DNA of 64,000 bases. It comes from an uncultured Gemmatimonadales bacterium (GTDB lineage: Bacteria > Gemmatimonadota > Gemmatimonadetes > Gemmatimonadales > GWC2-71-9). Made by a program: the position numbers and the translations under genes. A model generated the notes under the pieces. That model was not told the origin of the DNA and made no database searches. It saw only the letters and a program-made list of their open reading frames with translations. The stretch's first letter is position 1. Each line of letters begins with the position of its first letter. Where the stretch lies: contig CAVUAK010000002.1 of assembly GCA_963739455.1 (NCBI GenBank), positions 128,001 through 192,000 of the forward strand, in the 5' to 3' direction. Below, piece by piece: positions 33,541 through 43,129 of this stretch.

Positions 33541-34300
33541 CTAGCGCGACAGGAACCGGGCGATGGCGTCCCGAAAGTCCGTGGTGGTGCGCGCCAGCGC
33601 GTTGATCCGTGCGCCCAGCGCAATTCCGTCGGCGACACTGGCACCGTCCAGTTCGTGGAACAGCTTCTTGGTGAGGTGCAGTGCCGAGGGACTCGCGCCC
33701 GCCAGCCCGTCGATCAACACCTGTGCCGCCGCATCGAACGTGGCATCGGGCTCCACGCGTGTCACCAGTCCAGCGGCCCTTGCCTCTGCCGCTCCCAGCA
33801 CTCGCCCCGTGGCGACGAGGTCGAAGGCGAGCTTCTCGCCCGTCAGCCGCCGCAGGAAGACCATCACCATCGCCGGCACGAAGCCGCGCTGGATCTCGGG
33901 ATAGCCGAGCTGCGCTGACTCGGCCGCCAGCACGACATCGCAGGCCGTCGCCAGGCCGGCGCCGCCCGGCCAGCGCGCGACCCCTGACCAGCGCCACGAC
34001 GGGGCGCGGGCAGGCGCGAAGACGCCCGAGCAGTGTGCCGAGGCGGAGCGCGTCACGCTCGTTGTCGGCGGGCGCACGATCGGCCGATGCAAGCAGCTCG
34101 TCCAGGTCGGCGCCGGCGCAGAAATCACGGCCCGCACCCTGGATCACCACGACGCGCACCTCCGGGTCGAGGTCGACGCTGTCGAGGGCTGCATGCAGCG
34201 CCTCCACCATGGCACCGTTGAGCGCGTTGCGCTTGTCGGGCCGGTTGAGGGTGAGCCACAGGACGCTCGCGCGCCGCTCGGAGAGAAGGACTTCGCTCAC
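33541..34300 (-). CDS. Enoyl-CoA hydratase/isomerase (methylglutaconyl-CoA hydratase-like), indel near 33965
   Basis: LTLNRPDKRNALN, DFCAGADL, GGAGLATACD, GYPEIQRGFVPA. Confidence 0.88.
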
Positions 34301-37160
34301 TTCGAGGCCGCGCCGGCGGCGGGCAGGAGCACGGCCTCGGTGGCCCAGATCTCGTCATCGCCGGTGCGGGCCAGCACCAGCCCGATCGGTACGTAGCCCA
34401 CCGGAGTCGGCCGCGCGCTGCCGGTTGGCGAGAATCGCATCATCCGCGACTCGCCCGGGCCCAAGCGTCAGGGCACGTTCATCGGCCGGGCTCAAGGACT
34501 GGGCTGAATCGGCGTAGAAGCGGATGGACACGTCGAGCGCCCACGGTGCCGCGTCGTCGGGCAGCGCGAATCCGGGGAACATCGAGAGGGTCATGCGCTG
34601 CGCCCCGTGACCGGCGTCGAGTTCGTGCTCTACCCGGCCGAACGAATAGTTGAGCGGCGCCTTTGCCAGCTGGTGCCCGGCCGAGTCGAACAGGCTGAGA
34701 CCAAAGTCGGTGATAGCGACCCCACTCGCCGCGCGGCATCTGGACATCGACCTGGACGCCGCGCGCCCACACGGGAACCTCGAGCACCACGTCACGCCGC
34801 GCGCTGCCTGCCGACTGCACCTTCTCTACCCGTCCGGCGCCCACGAACGCCGCACCGATTTCGGCCCGCACGCCGTCGCGCGTCAGGTTGGTGACCGACG
34901 CCTCGAGGCCAGTTCCGCTGGCAACCATCCCCATTCGCACCGGCGCCCGCAGGATGTTGATGTCGACGCGGCGCTCTCGAACTGCGAGGCCTGGACCACC
35001 AGTTCGTAGGTGCCCGGCATGGCATCCCGCGCAAGGACGTCATACACGGCGGCCTGATCGCCGTCGCCCGCAGGCCTCGACTGGTTGTCGCGGTACGGCA
35101 TTCCCCCCGGCTCGTGCAGGTAGGCCAGTGGCGGTGAGGCGGCGCCCGAGCGCACGCGTACCGTGAACGCCTGGCCGGAATCGATCGTGAACGGCACCCG
35201 GACCCATTGGCCGGTCGCGATCCGGACCTGCTTGAGATCGATGTCCGGGTCGCCGTAAGGCACCACCACCGTGGTCACCAGGCGAACCAGCGGTCCCGCC
35301 AGCGTGTCCGTGCCCCATCCGGAAATGACGCCGACATAGACGCCCGGCTTGGCCAGCGATGCAGCGCGGAGGCGCGCCTCGACGACGACAGAATCCGCGC
35401 CCAGCGTCACGCCGGGAGGCGCCTCGAGCCAGGGAACGGAGCTGCGGAACCTGAGCGCGGCAGGACCCTTCCCGCCTTCGCGCCGCAGTACGAATCGCTG
35501 GGCGCCGGGCTTTCCGTTGTCGAGCGCGGCATTGATGAATGCCGCGGAGGTGCCACCCGTGCTGGTGACGGCAACAACCGGAACGTCCGGGCGTGAACGC
35601 AGCCACGCCCACGCGCTCGACAGGTCCGGCACCCCGGTTCCCTCGTCCACGAACGTGGCGCCGCTCAGCGGCTGCGCCGTCACCATGAGCGCCTGCCGGA
35701 TCGTCCATGCGGAGGGCGACTTTCCTCCCTGGCGCGCGGCAGAAAAGAGCCGTGCCGCCAGCCCCGCCGCATGCGGCGAGGCCATGCTGGTGCCACCCTC
35801 GCGCTCTCCACCACGGTCCCACAGCGGAACGGTCGAATAGGCCACACCAGGCGTGACGATGTCGGGACCTGCCACCTCGCCACCGCGCGCGCTGAAGTCG
35901 GCGATGGTGGTGGCCGGTTCCGGGTCGGATGCCGTCGCGGTGAGGAACACCCCGGGAAAGAGCGCGCCCACCGAGATGATGCGGCTCGCGGACCCGGGGA
36001 AGCCAAGCGTCGAGAGCCCCGGGCCGTCGTTCCCGGCGCTGACGGTGAAGACCACCGCCGGATGCGCCGCCAGGGCAGAGTCGATGAGGTGATCGATGCG
36101 CGCCTGGCCCTCAATTTCGTTCCCCACGCCAAAGCTCATGTTGATGACGAGTGGCATGCGGCGCGACTCGGCAAACCGTATGGCATAGTCCATTGCGCGT
36201 ATCATGCTGCCGGTGCGGGAAATGCCACCCTGCGCATTGTCGGCGATCTTGAGGCCAATGAGCTGGGCGCCGGGTGCCACGCCGTCGAAGCCCTTCACGC
36301 CGTACAGGTCGTGCCCCGCCGCAATCCCGGACACGTGCGACCCATGCGCACTGGTGTCGAAGAAGAGGTCGAGAACGGGCTGCCCGTCCTGCTCGGCGAG
36401 GTTGACGGCGATGTTGACAAACGGCGTGGCGCCGTTCGGCGCCCAGCCGAACGTCTCTCGCGCAACGAGGTAGTCGTGCACGGCGCTGTCGTCGCGCAGG
36501 GAGCCGTCGCCGTTCGTGTCGGCAAACAGCACCCATCCATCGGTGGCGCGGGTGACGACGACGAGCAGCGTGTCGGACACGTCACCATCGCCATTCAGGT
36601 CGGCGGCCTCCGGGTCGCCCAGCGCCAGCTCGGCGATGGAGCCGCCGTACCACGGGCCATCGACGTCGATCGAGCGCACATGCGAGAACCCGCCCAAGGC
36701 GCTTTCCGGCAATCACCACCGTGTCGCCCACCGGCGTGAGGCGCGTCAGTGCGATCCTGCCCTCACCGGAGAAATCGCGCAGGTCGAGAATCTTGCGGTC
36801 ACCGGTGCTGGTCAGCAGCAGGCCGGGAATGGTGGGATCGATGCCGCTGTCGAGGATCGCAATGAGCACCCCTCGCCCGTCGAACGTGGGGTGCTGCGCG
36901 GCGAACGCGTTCACTCCAGTGGCGGTGAGCGGCATCCATCCGCGGCGAAACGCGGCGTCGGGGGCGAGCACCGGCGGGGGCAACTTGCGCTGCTTCGAAA
37001 CCACGGCGGGCGGCCCGGAAGGTTGGGCAGCGGGCGGTTGGGCGGGAGCCGGTGTCGCCGGCGACACCGGTTGATGGCCCGAGGGCGTACAGGCGCCCAG
37101 GGCAAAGAGGAGGAGCGAGATTGTCGACGGTCGGACCCTGACGGCGGGAATCGGGCTCAT
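34297..37160 (-). CDS. S8 subtilase, tripeptidyl-peptidase II-like lipoprotein, several indels
   Basis: Lipobox-like FALGAC; FDGRGVLIAILDSGIDP..PGL..TSTGDRKILD, HGSHVSGIAAG, SAGNDGP, GTSMASPHAAG (D/H/S triad). Confidence 0.85.
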
Positions 37161-37747
37161 TGGAGCTGATGGCGCCCCTTCAGCAGCACAATGATGCCGA
37201 TGTTCATGTTGATGTAGGCGCCCTCACGCGGATCGGGCCCGAAGATGCCCAGCATCCTGAAGTCGATGAGCGGTGCGATGCGGGAATGATCACTCTTGAA
37301 GGCGATGCCTCCGCCCAGCACGATGCCGAATGCCGTTTGCGATCCGTAGTTGTCGATGGTTCGCGGATCCTGGACCGAAAGTCGGTTGATCGCCCCGCCG
37401 AGCAGGAAGTAGGGCTCGATCGGCGACGCGTCGAGCTCCACCTGGTAAACGACCGACAACGCGCCGGTCAGGATGTTGAGCCCCCGGTCGGAGATGTTGT
37501 CGTTGTTCCGGTTGTAACTGGAGTAGGTGCCGTCAAACTGGAGGCCGAAGTTCCACTTCCCCGGGACGACCCGGATGCTGCCGCCCGCCGTCCAGCCGGG
37601 GACATACAGCCTGTTCGCGTCGTTGGTAGGGAGACTGAGGCCCAGCAAGCCACCGACGTCGATCTCGGTCACCTGGGCCTCGGACACCCTGGCGATGCCC
37701 ATCAGCGCCACAAACGCGAATCCCAGTCCCTTGGTCAGCAGTCGCAC
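37157..37747 (-). CDS. Small outer-membrane beta-barrel protein
   Basis: Signal peptide ending SEAQ; GWTAGG, FGLQFDGTY, IEPYFLLGG. Confidence 0.65.
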   Translation of the reverse strand: MRLLTKGLGFAFVALMGIARVSEAQVTEIDVGGLLGLSLPTNDANRLYVPGWTAGGSIRVVPGKWNFGLQFDGTYSSYNRNNDNISDRGLNILTGALSVVYQVELDASPIEPYFLLGGAINRLSVQDPRTIDNYGSQTAFGIVLGGGIAFKSDHSRIAPLIDFRMLGIFGPDPREGAYINMNIGIIVLLKGRHQLQ

Positions 37748-37762
37748 ATCGTCCCCCTTCGA

Positions 37763-39424
37763 CTACGCAAAGTGAGGTAAGTCCATCGGTGGCAGCACGA
37801 ACGGGCCGAGATGCGGCCCGGCATACCGGGCGGTGACCTGCAGGAGGAATGCCACCTGGTCGCGGGTCTCCTCCGCCGTCACGATGGCGTCCACGAATCC
37901 CCGCGCCGCGGCATAGCGGGCATCGAGCTGGTGTTCATAGTCGGCACGCATCTCGGCGACCGACGACTGGACCGGTGCGGGAAGCGGGGTCCCCGCGGCC
38001 TGGGCCTTGGTGATCTCGGCCCCGTGGACCGCCATGACCGCTGACTCTCCCTCCATCACCGCCATCCGCCCCGTTGGCCAGGAGATGATGAAGTCAGGGT
38101 CGAACCCCTGCCCGGCCATGGCATAGTACCCGGCGCCGGAGGCGTGATTCACGGTGAGCACAATCTTCGGCACCGTCGCCGTGGCCATTGCCTCCACGAA
38201 GTGCGCACCGGCCCGGATGATCCCCGAGTGCTCTGCATCAGCGCCGACCATGAAACCGCTGACATCCTGCACGAACAGGATCGGCAGCCGCTCCCGGTTG
38301 GCGGTCTCGATGAAGAACGCGGTCTTCTCGGCGCTCTCGGTATAGATGATGCCCCCGAACCGCGGCCGCTCGCCCTCGCGGCCCTTGATGATGCCTCGCG
38401 AGTTGGCGATGACGGCCACCGGCCATCCCTCGATGTGTCCATGGCCGCAGATCATCTCCCGGGCCAGGTCGGGCTGGAACTCATCCAGCGTGCCGCCATC
38501 AAGCAGGCAGGCAAGTACCTGCCGGGCATCATACGACAAGCGGTGGTCGTGCGGCAGGATGTCGTTGAGATCGGCCGGATCACGGGCGGGCGGCACGCTG
38601 TCGCGCCGCGCGTGCTGCAGTCCACCAGCGACCGGCAGCCGGCCGACGTACTCACGAATGCGTGCCAGGCACTCCACATCATTCGGTGCCCGGTAGTGTG
38701 CCACCGCACTGAGCTCGGTGTGTGTCCTGGCACCGCCGAGCGTCTCGGCGTCGATCGTCTGGCCCGTGGCTCCCTTCACCAGGTTGGGCCCGCCCAGGCC
38801 CATGAAGCTGGTGCCCTCGACCATGAAGATCACGTCACTCAGCGCCGGCAGGTAGGCGCCGCCAGCGATGCAGCTGCCCATGACTGCGCTGATCTGCGGC
38901 ACGCGCAGGTAGCGCCGCATGAGGGAATTGTAGTAAAAGATGCGCGCCGCCCCGTACTGCCCCGGGAACACACCCTCCTGGTACGGCAGGTTCACTCCGG
39001 CGCTGTCCACCAGGTAAATGATCGGGATCCGCTGGCGCATGGCAACTTCCTGCGCCCGGAGGATCTTCGTGATCGTCTCCGGCCACCAGCTGCCCGCCTT
39101 CACCGTGGCATCGTTCGCCACCACCACGACCTCCCGCCCCTCCACCACGCCCACCCCGGTGATGACCCCGGCGCCAGGGGCCTGGCCGTCGTAGCGATCA
39201 TGTGCGACCAGGAGACCGATCTCGAGCCAGGGTGCGCCGGGGTCGAGCAGCGTCGTCACGCGCTCGCGCGGACTCAACTGCCCCTTCTCGTGCATGCGCT
39301 TGACGCGCGCGGCGCCGCCACCTTCACGGAGCCTGGCGGCAAGCGCCTGGTACTCTGCCGTCAGGGTCCGCAGGCGGCTCGGCTTGGCCGCTGGTGCCTC
39401 GTCCTTGGACCGGGGTCGCGCCAT
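37763..39424 (-). CDS. Acyl-CoA carboxylase carboxyltransferase subunit (MCC beta/LiuB-like)
   Basis: RERVTTLLDPG, ANDATVKAGSW, YLVDSAGVNLP.Q, GSCIAGGAYLPA, QDVSGFMVG, GAGYYAMAG. Confidence 0.92.
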   Translation of the reverse strand: MARPRSKDEAPAAKPSRLRTLTAEYQALAARLREGGGAARVKRMHEKGQLSPRERVTTLLDPGAPWLEIGLLVAHDRYDGQAPGAGVITGVGVVEGREVVVVANDATVKAGSWWPETITKILRAQEVAMRQRIPIIYLVDSAGVNLPYQEGVFPGQYGAARIFYYNSLMRRYLRVPQISAVMGSCIAGGAYLPALSDVIFMVEGTSFMGLGGPNLVKGATGQTIDAETLGGARTHTELSAVAHYRAPNDVECLARIREYVGRLPVAGGLQHARRDSVPPARDPADLNDILPHDHRLSYDARQVLACLLDGGTLDEFQPDLAREMICGHGHIEGWPVAVIANSRGIIKGREGERPRFGGIIYTESAEKTAFFIETANRERLPILFVQDVSGFMVGADAEHSGIIRAGAHFVEAMATATVPKIVLTVNHASGAGYYAMAGQGFDPDFIISWPTGRMAVMEGESAVMAVHGAEITKAQAAGTPLPAPVQSSVAEMRADYEHQLDARYAAARGFVDAIVTAEETRDQVAFLLQVTARYAGPHLGPFVLPPMDLPHFA

Positions 39425-39454
39425 CGTTACAGGCTCATTGAGAAAGGAGGCGAA

Positions 39455-40138
39455 TCACGCTGCACGGGCGGCGAGCAGCCGGTCGGCAAGTTCGGCCACG
39501 GAGCGGACGGTCCGCGCGTCCCGACCTGAGTGCTCGCCAGTCGGGTCGAGCAGGACAACGTCGAGCCCGGCGGCCCGGGCACCCACCACGTCGACCTCAT
39601 AAAGGTCGCCAACGTAAAGTGCGTCGGCGGCGCTCACACCCATGCGCTCGAGCGCGATCTGGAAGATCCGCGGGTCGGGCTTCTCCACGCCGACTTCGGC
39701 GGAGTCGATGACGAACTCGAATGCGCCCAGCAGTCCGCCGGCCGCGAGGGCTGCCGCCGCCCGCCCATCACTGTTCGACACCACAGCGAGCCGGATGCCG
39801 GCCTGCTTGAGGCGCTGGAGCGCCTCGCGTGTGCCAGGAACTGTGCAGCCCCAGAGGTGCGCCAGGCGATGCAGGTCGAGGAGCGCTTCCTTCAATTCCT
39901 CCGTGCGACTGGCAGGGACCCCCGCCCGCTCGAACAGCGTCAGCAGGAACACGGTGCCACGCTCCCGGTCCGTCAGCCTCCCCTGCTCCATGGCACGCGC
40001 CGCTGCCGTCGCATGCTGCCGCAACCCGGACTCGGTGAGCGGCAAGTCGAGCGCGGTACCGATGGCCGCGGCCAGCCGCCCGTAGTCGAGAAAGACCAGC
40101 GTATTCCCGGCGTCGAACAGCACGGCTGACGGGTTCAA
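39455..40138 (-). CDS. HAD-superfamily hydrolase (IA)
   Basis: FDAGNTL, VVSNSD, EKPDPRIF, YVGDLYEVDVVGA. Confidence 0.9.
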   Translation of the reverse strand: MNPSAVLFDAGNTLVFLDYGRLAAAIGTALDLPLTESGLRQHATAAARAMEQGRLTDRERGTVFLLTLFERAGVPASRTEELKEALLDLHRLAHLWGCTVPGTREALQRLKQAGIRLAVVSNSDGRAAAALAAGGLLGAFEFVIDSAEVGVEKPDPRIFQIALERMGVSAADALYVGDLYEVDVVGARAAGLDVVLLDPTGEHSGRDARTVRSVAELADRLLAARAA

Positions 40139-41328
40139 CGGAATCGCAGGAGGGCGCCAAGTCCGTCGATGCGCGCCGCAGCTTCCGGTTCGAAGATGAC
40201 GTTGACCTCCACCCGCTGGCCCAGCGCATCCTCGATGGCATCATCGACCACGTCGACCACCGCCACCGCTTCTGCCTCGCCCCGGCACTCGCGGGCGTCG
40301 AGCACGAGGCGTCCACCAGGGCCGCAGCGAAATCCCGGCTCGCTCGCATCGGCTGCCACGAGGAGCGTGCGGACCTGGCCACGCGCCAGCGCCGCAAGCG
40401 TATCGGAGACCCCGCTCACGGCCCAGCCTTCCCCGGCGCGCTGGCGCACCTCCTCGACGAGGATGCGCTCTTCCTCGCGCTTGAACAGTTCCCGTGCCGC
40501 CAGTGCCGCTTCATGCACGGCGGCGGGAGTCACGTCGCGCGCGTTCAGCTTGATCGATGCCACCACTCGCTCTTGCAGCGATTGGTGAAGGAAGGGCGTC
40601 AGGGCCGCCGCATCGGCGCCCGTGCCTGCTACCAGGATGCCATGGGCCGGTGCCGCGCGATCCAGGGTGAAGAGCGCCCGGGCCACCGCGTCGTAGTGCC
40701 GCTGCTTCTCCTCACGGATGCGATTGTTATAGTGATACTCGCCCCAGCCTGGAGCGTCCTGGTCGGCGCGGAAGCGCCCACCGCGTGTGGATGAGGCCGT
40801 GAGTGCTGCCACTTCCCTCGCTTCGGCTGCCGTAACCTCGAAAATGCGCGCACTGGAGCGATCCGTCACCACGGCGTAGAGCCGGCCGAATTCCTCCTGT
40901 GCCGCCACCAGTTCGCGCACGAGGGGCGACTTGTCGACCGCGAGCCGGGAGCGATGCACGGAGGGCAGGGCCACTGCCTCGAACAGCTTGATGGCACTGC
41001 AGGCGAAAAGGGCAATGCCATTCGCGGACGGGAGGTTGCCCGGCGTGCTGAGGTACTGCTGGATCCGGTCGATGTCGGCCAGCACCGTCTCGGCGGCCGC
41101 GCGGTCCAGCCCCAGTCGTGGCAGCGCGCGCTGCAGGTCGCGCACGCGATTCTTGAGCTTGATGAGGAACTTGTTCCGCGAACGGTCGCGCGGCTCGATC
41201 TTGAGGTAGCAGGACACCACCCAGTGCGGGCCGGGACGGATCGCCTCGAGCCGGGTCATCACCGCCGCAATGGTCGCCTGCTTGCTCCGGCTTCCTGCCG
41301 GGGTCCGTGTCTTTGTCGAAGTCTTCAT
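40135..41328 (-). CDS. Bacterial archaeo-eukaryotic release factor (baeRF1)-like protein
   Basis: VVSCYL N-domain, GIALFAC, AVVTDRSSARIF core, eRF1 domain-3-like tail (TLAALARGQVRTLLV...DGLGALLRF). Confidence 0.75.
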   Translation of the reverse strand: MKTSTKTRTPAGSRSKQATIAAVMTRLEAIRPGPHWVVSCYLKIEPRDRSRNKFLIKLKNRVRDLQRALPRLGLDRAAAETVLADIDRIQQYLSTPGNLPSANGIALFACSAIKLFEAVALPSVHRSRLAVDKSPLVRELVAAQEEFGRLYAVVTDRSSARIFEVTAAEAREVAALTASSTRGGRFRADQDAPGWGEYHYNNRIREEKQRHYDAVARALFTLDRAAPAHGILVAGTGADAAALTPFLHQSLQERVVASIKLNARDVTPAAVHEAALAARELFKREEERILVEEVRQRAGEGWAVSGVSDTLAALARGQVRTLLVAADASEPGFRCGPGGRLVLDARECRGEAEAVAVVDVVDDAIEDALGQRVEVNVIFEPEAAARIDGLGALLRFR

Positions 41329-41416
41329 GGTGACTCTTTCTCCAGTCGCCCCCGGGTCGGGGATGCGAAAGGTGTTGCGTCCGGACTGGGGGAGCAAGCG
41401 CCCCAGCATCTGGTCG

Positions 41417-43129
41417 CTATGCGACCTGGCCCCATTGCGCAACCAGCTGTGCCGCCAGTGCCAGCGCCTCGCGGTACGTCGGCACGAATCGATTCGCCCC
41501 CAGCTCCTCGACGAGGCCGGCGCGCCCCATCACTTCCCGGGGCTCCGCCTCCACTCCGCAGAGGATGACGGCGGTTCCCTCCCTGCGGCTTCGCTGCAGC
41601 ACGTCCCGCAGGGCGCTGATTCCCGTGGCATCGATCGTGGGCACCTGCCGCATGCGCAGGATGAGCACTCGGGGCGCCGCGCCGCCGCTGCCCGACAGCA
41701 TCGCCTCCTTGAACGACTCCGCCGCCCCGAAGAAGAAGGGCCCGTTCACGTCATAGACCTGCACCCCGGCCGGTACTGCCAGCTGTCTTCCACGCGCACG
41801 CGCGGCTTCCGCGTCGGGATCTTCGTCATCGCTCATCTCGTCGGAGATCATTCGCACGTTGGTCACCTCGCTCATGCGCTTCATGAACAGGAACGCGGCG
41901 AGCACGACACCGACCTCGACCGCCACGGTGAGGTCCACCAGCACCGTCAGCAGGAAGGTCGTGACCAGCACCGCCACGTCGCTCCGTGGTGACCTCAGCT
42001 CGGACCGGAACGTCCGCCATTCGCTCATGTGATACGCGACCACCACCAGGATTCCAGCCAGCGTCGCCATCGGGATGAGCGCAGCCCACTTCCCGAAGAA
42101 GAGCATGACCAGCAGCACGAATACCGCGTGGGTCATCCCGGCGACAGGCGTCCGCCCGCCGTTCCGCACGTTGGTGGCCGTCCGGGCCAGCGCACCGGTT
42201 GCGGGGATCCCGCCGAAGAGCGGACTCGCAATGTTGGCCACTCCCTGGGCGACCAGCTCCATGTTCGAGCGGTGCCGGCTGCCGATCATCCCGTCCGCCA
42301 CTACCGCCGACAACAATGACTCGATGCCGCCGAGAAGGGCGATGGTGAACGCCGGCTGCACCAGCCTGCCCATGTCGTCCCACGCGAGGCTCGGGAGGCG
42401 GGGCATCGGCAGGGCCGCATGGATCTCCCCAAATCGGCTGCCGATCGTCTCCACCGGCAGGTGCAGGGCCTTCACCAGGACCGTCGTCACCACCAGTGCC
42501 ACGAACGGGCCCGGCACCCGGTTCCGGAGCCGCGGCCATGCGACGAGGATTGCCAGCGTCAGGACGGAGACTGTGATCACCGGGAGCGAAACGGCAGACG
42601 CGCCCGTGAAGTACGTGTGCCACTTGCCGATGAAGCTCACGGGCAGTGTGCCGACCTGGAGGCCGAGCAGGTCCTTGATCTGGCTGGTGAAGATGATGAG
42701 CGCAATCCCGGCAGTGAACCCGGTGGTCACCGGGTGCGGGATGAACTTGATCACGCCCCCCAGTCCAGCCACCCCGAGAACGATGAGCATCAGCCCCGCC
42801 ATCAGTGTCGCGATGGAGAGGCCGTCGTAGCCATACTGCTGCACGATCCCATACACGATTACCACGAACGCCCCGGTGGGACCGCCGATCTGCACTCGTG
42901 ACCCGCCCAGCAGCGAGATCAGGAAGCCGGCCACGACCGCCGTGTAGAGCCCGCGCTCCGGCGGCACTCCGCTGGCAATGGCGAACGCGATGGCGAGGGG
43001 GAGGGCCACGATCCCCACGATGACGCCCGCATTCACGTCCGCGGCGAACTGCTGCCTGGTGTAGCCCTTCAGGGTGGAGAACAGCTTTGGCACCAGGACC
43101 ACGTTGCGGCGCATCAGCGCTCCGGCCAT
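41417..43129 (-). CDS. SulP/SLC26 anion transporter with STAS domain
   Basis: AGVIVGIVALPLAIAFAIASG, QIGGPTGAF, ESLLSAVVADGM, GPFFFGAA, IDATG. Confidence 0.95.
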   Translation of the reverse strand: MAGALMRRNVVLVPKLFSTLKGYTRQQFAADVNAGVIVGIVALPLAIAFAIASGVPPERGLYTAVVAGFLISLLGGSRVQIGGPTGAFVVIVYGIVQQYGYDGLSIATLMAGLMLIVLGVAGLGGVIKFIPHPVTTGFTAGIALIIFTSQIKDLLGLQVGTLPVSFIGKWHTYFTGASAVSLPVITVSVLTLAILVAWPRLRNRVPGPFVALVVTTVLVKALHLPVETIGSRFGEIHAALPMPRLPSLAWDDMGRLVQPAFTIALLGGIESLLSAVVADGMIGSRHRSNMELVAQGVANIASPLFGGIPATGALARTATNVRNGGRTPVAGMTHAVFVLLVMLFFGKWAALIPMATLAGILVVVAYHMSEWRTFRSELRSPRSDVAVLVTTFLLTVLVDLTVAVEVGVVLAAFLFMKRMSEVTNVRMISDEMSDDEDPDAEAARARGRQLAVPAGVQVYDVNGPFFFGAAESFKEAMLSGSGGAAPRVLILRMRQVPTIDATGISALRDVLQRSRREGTAVILCGVEAEPREVMGRAGLVEELGANRFVPTYREALALAAQLVAQWGQVA

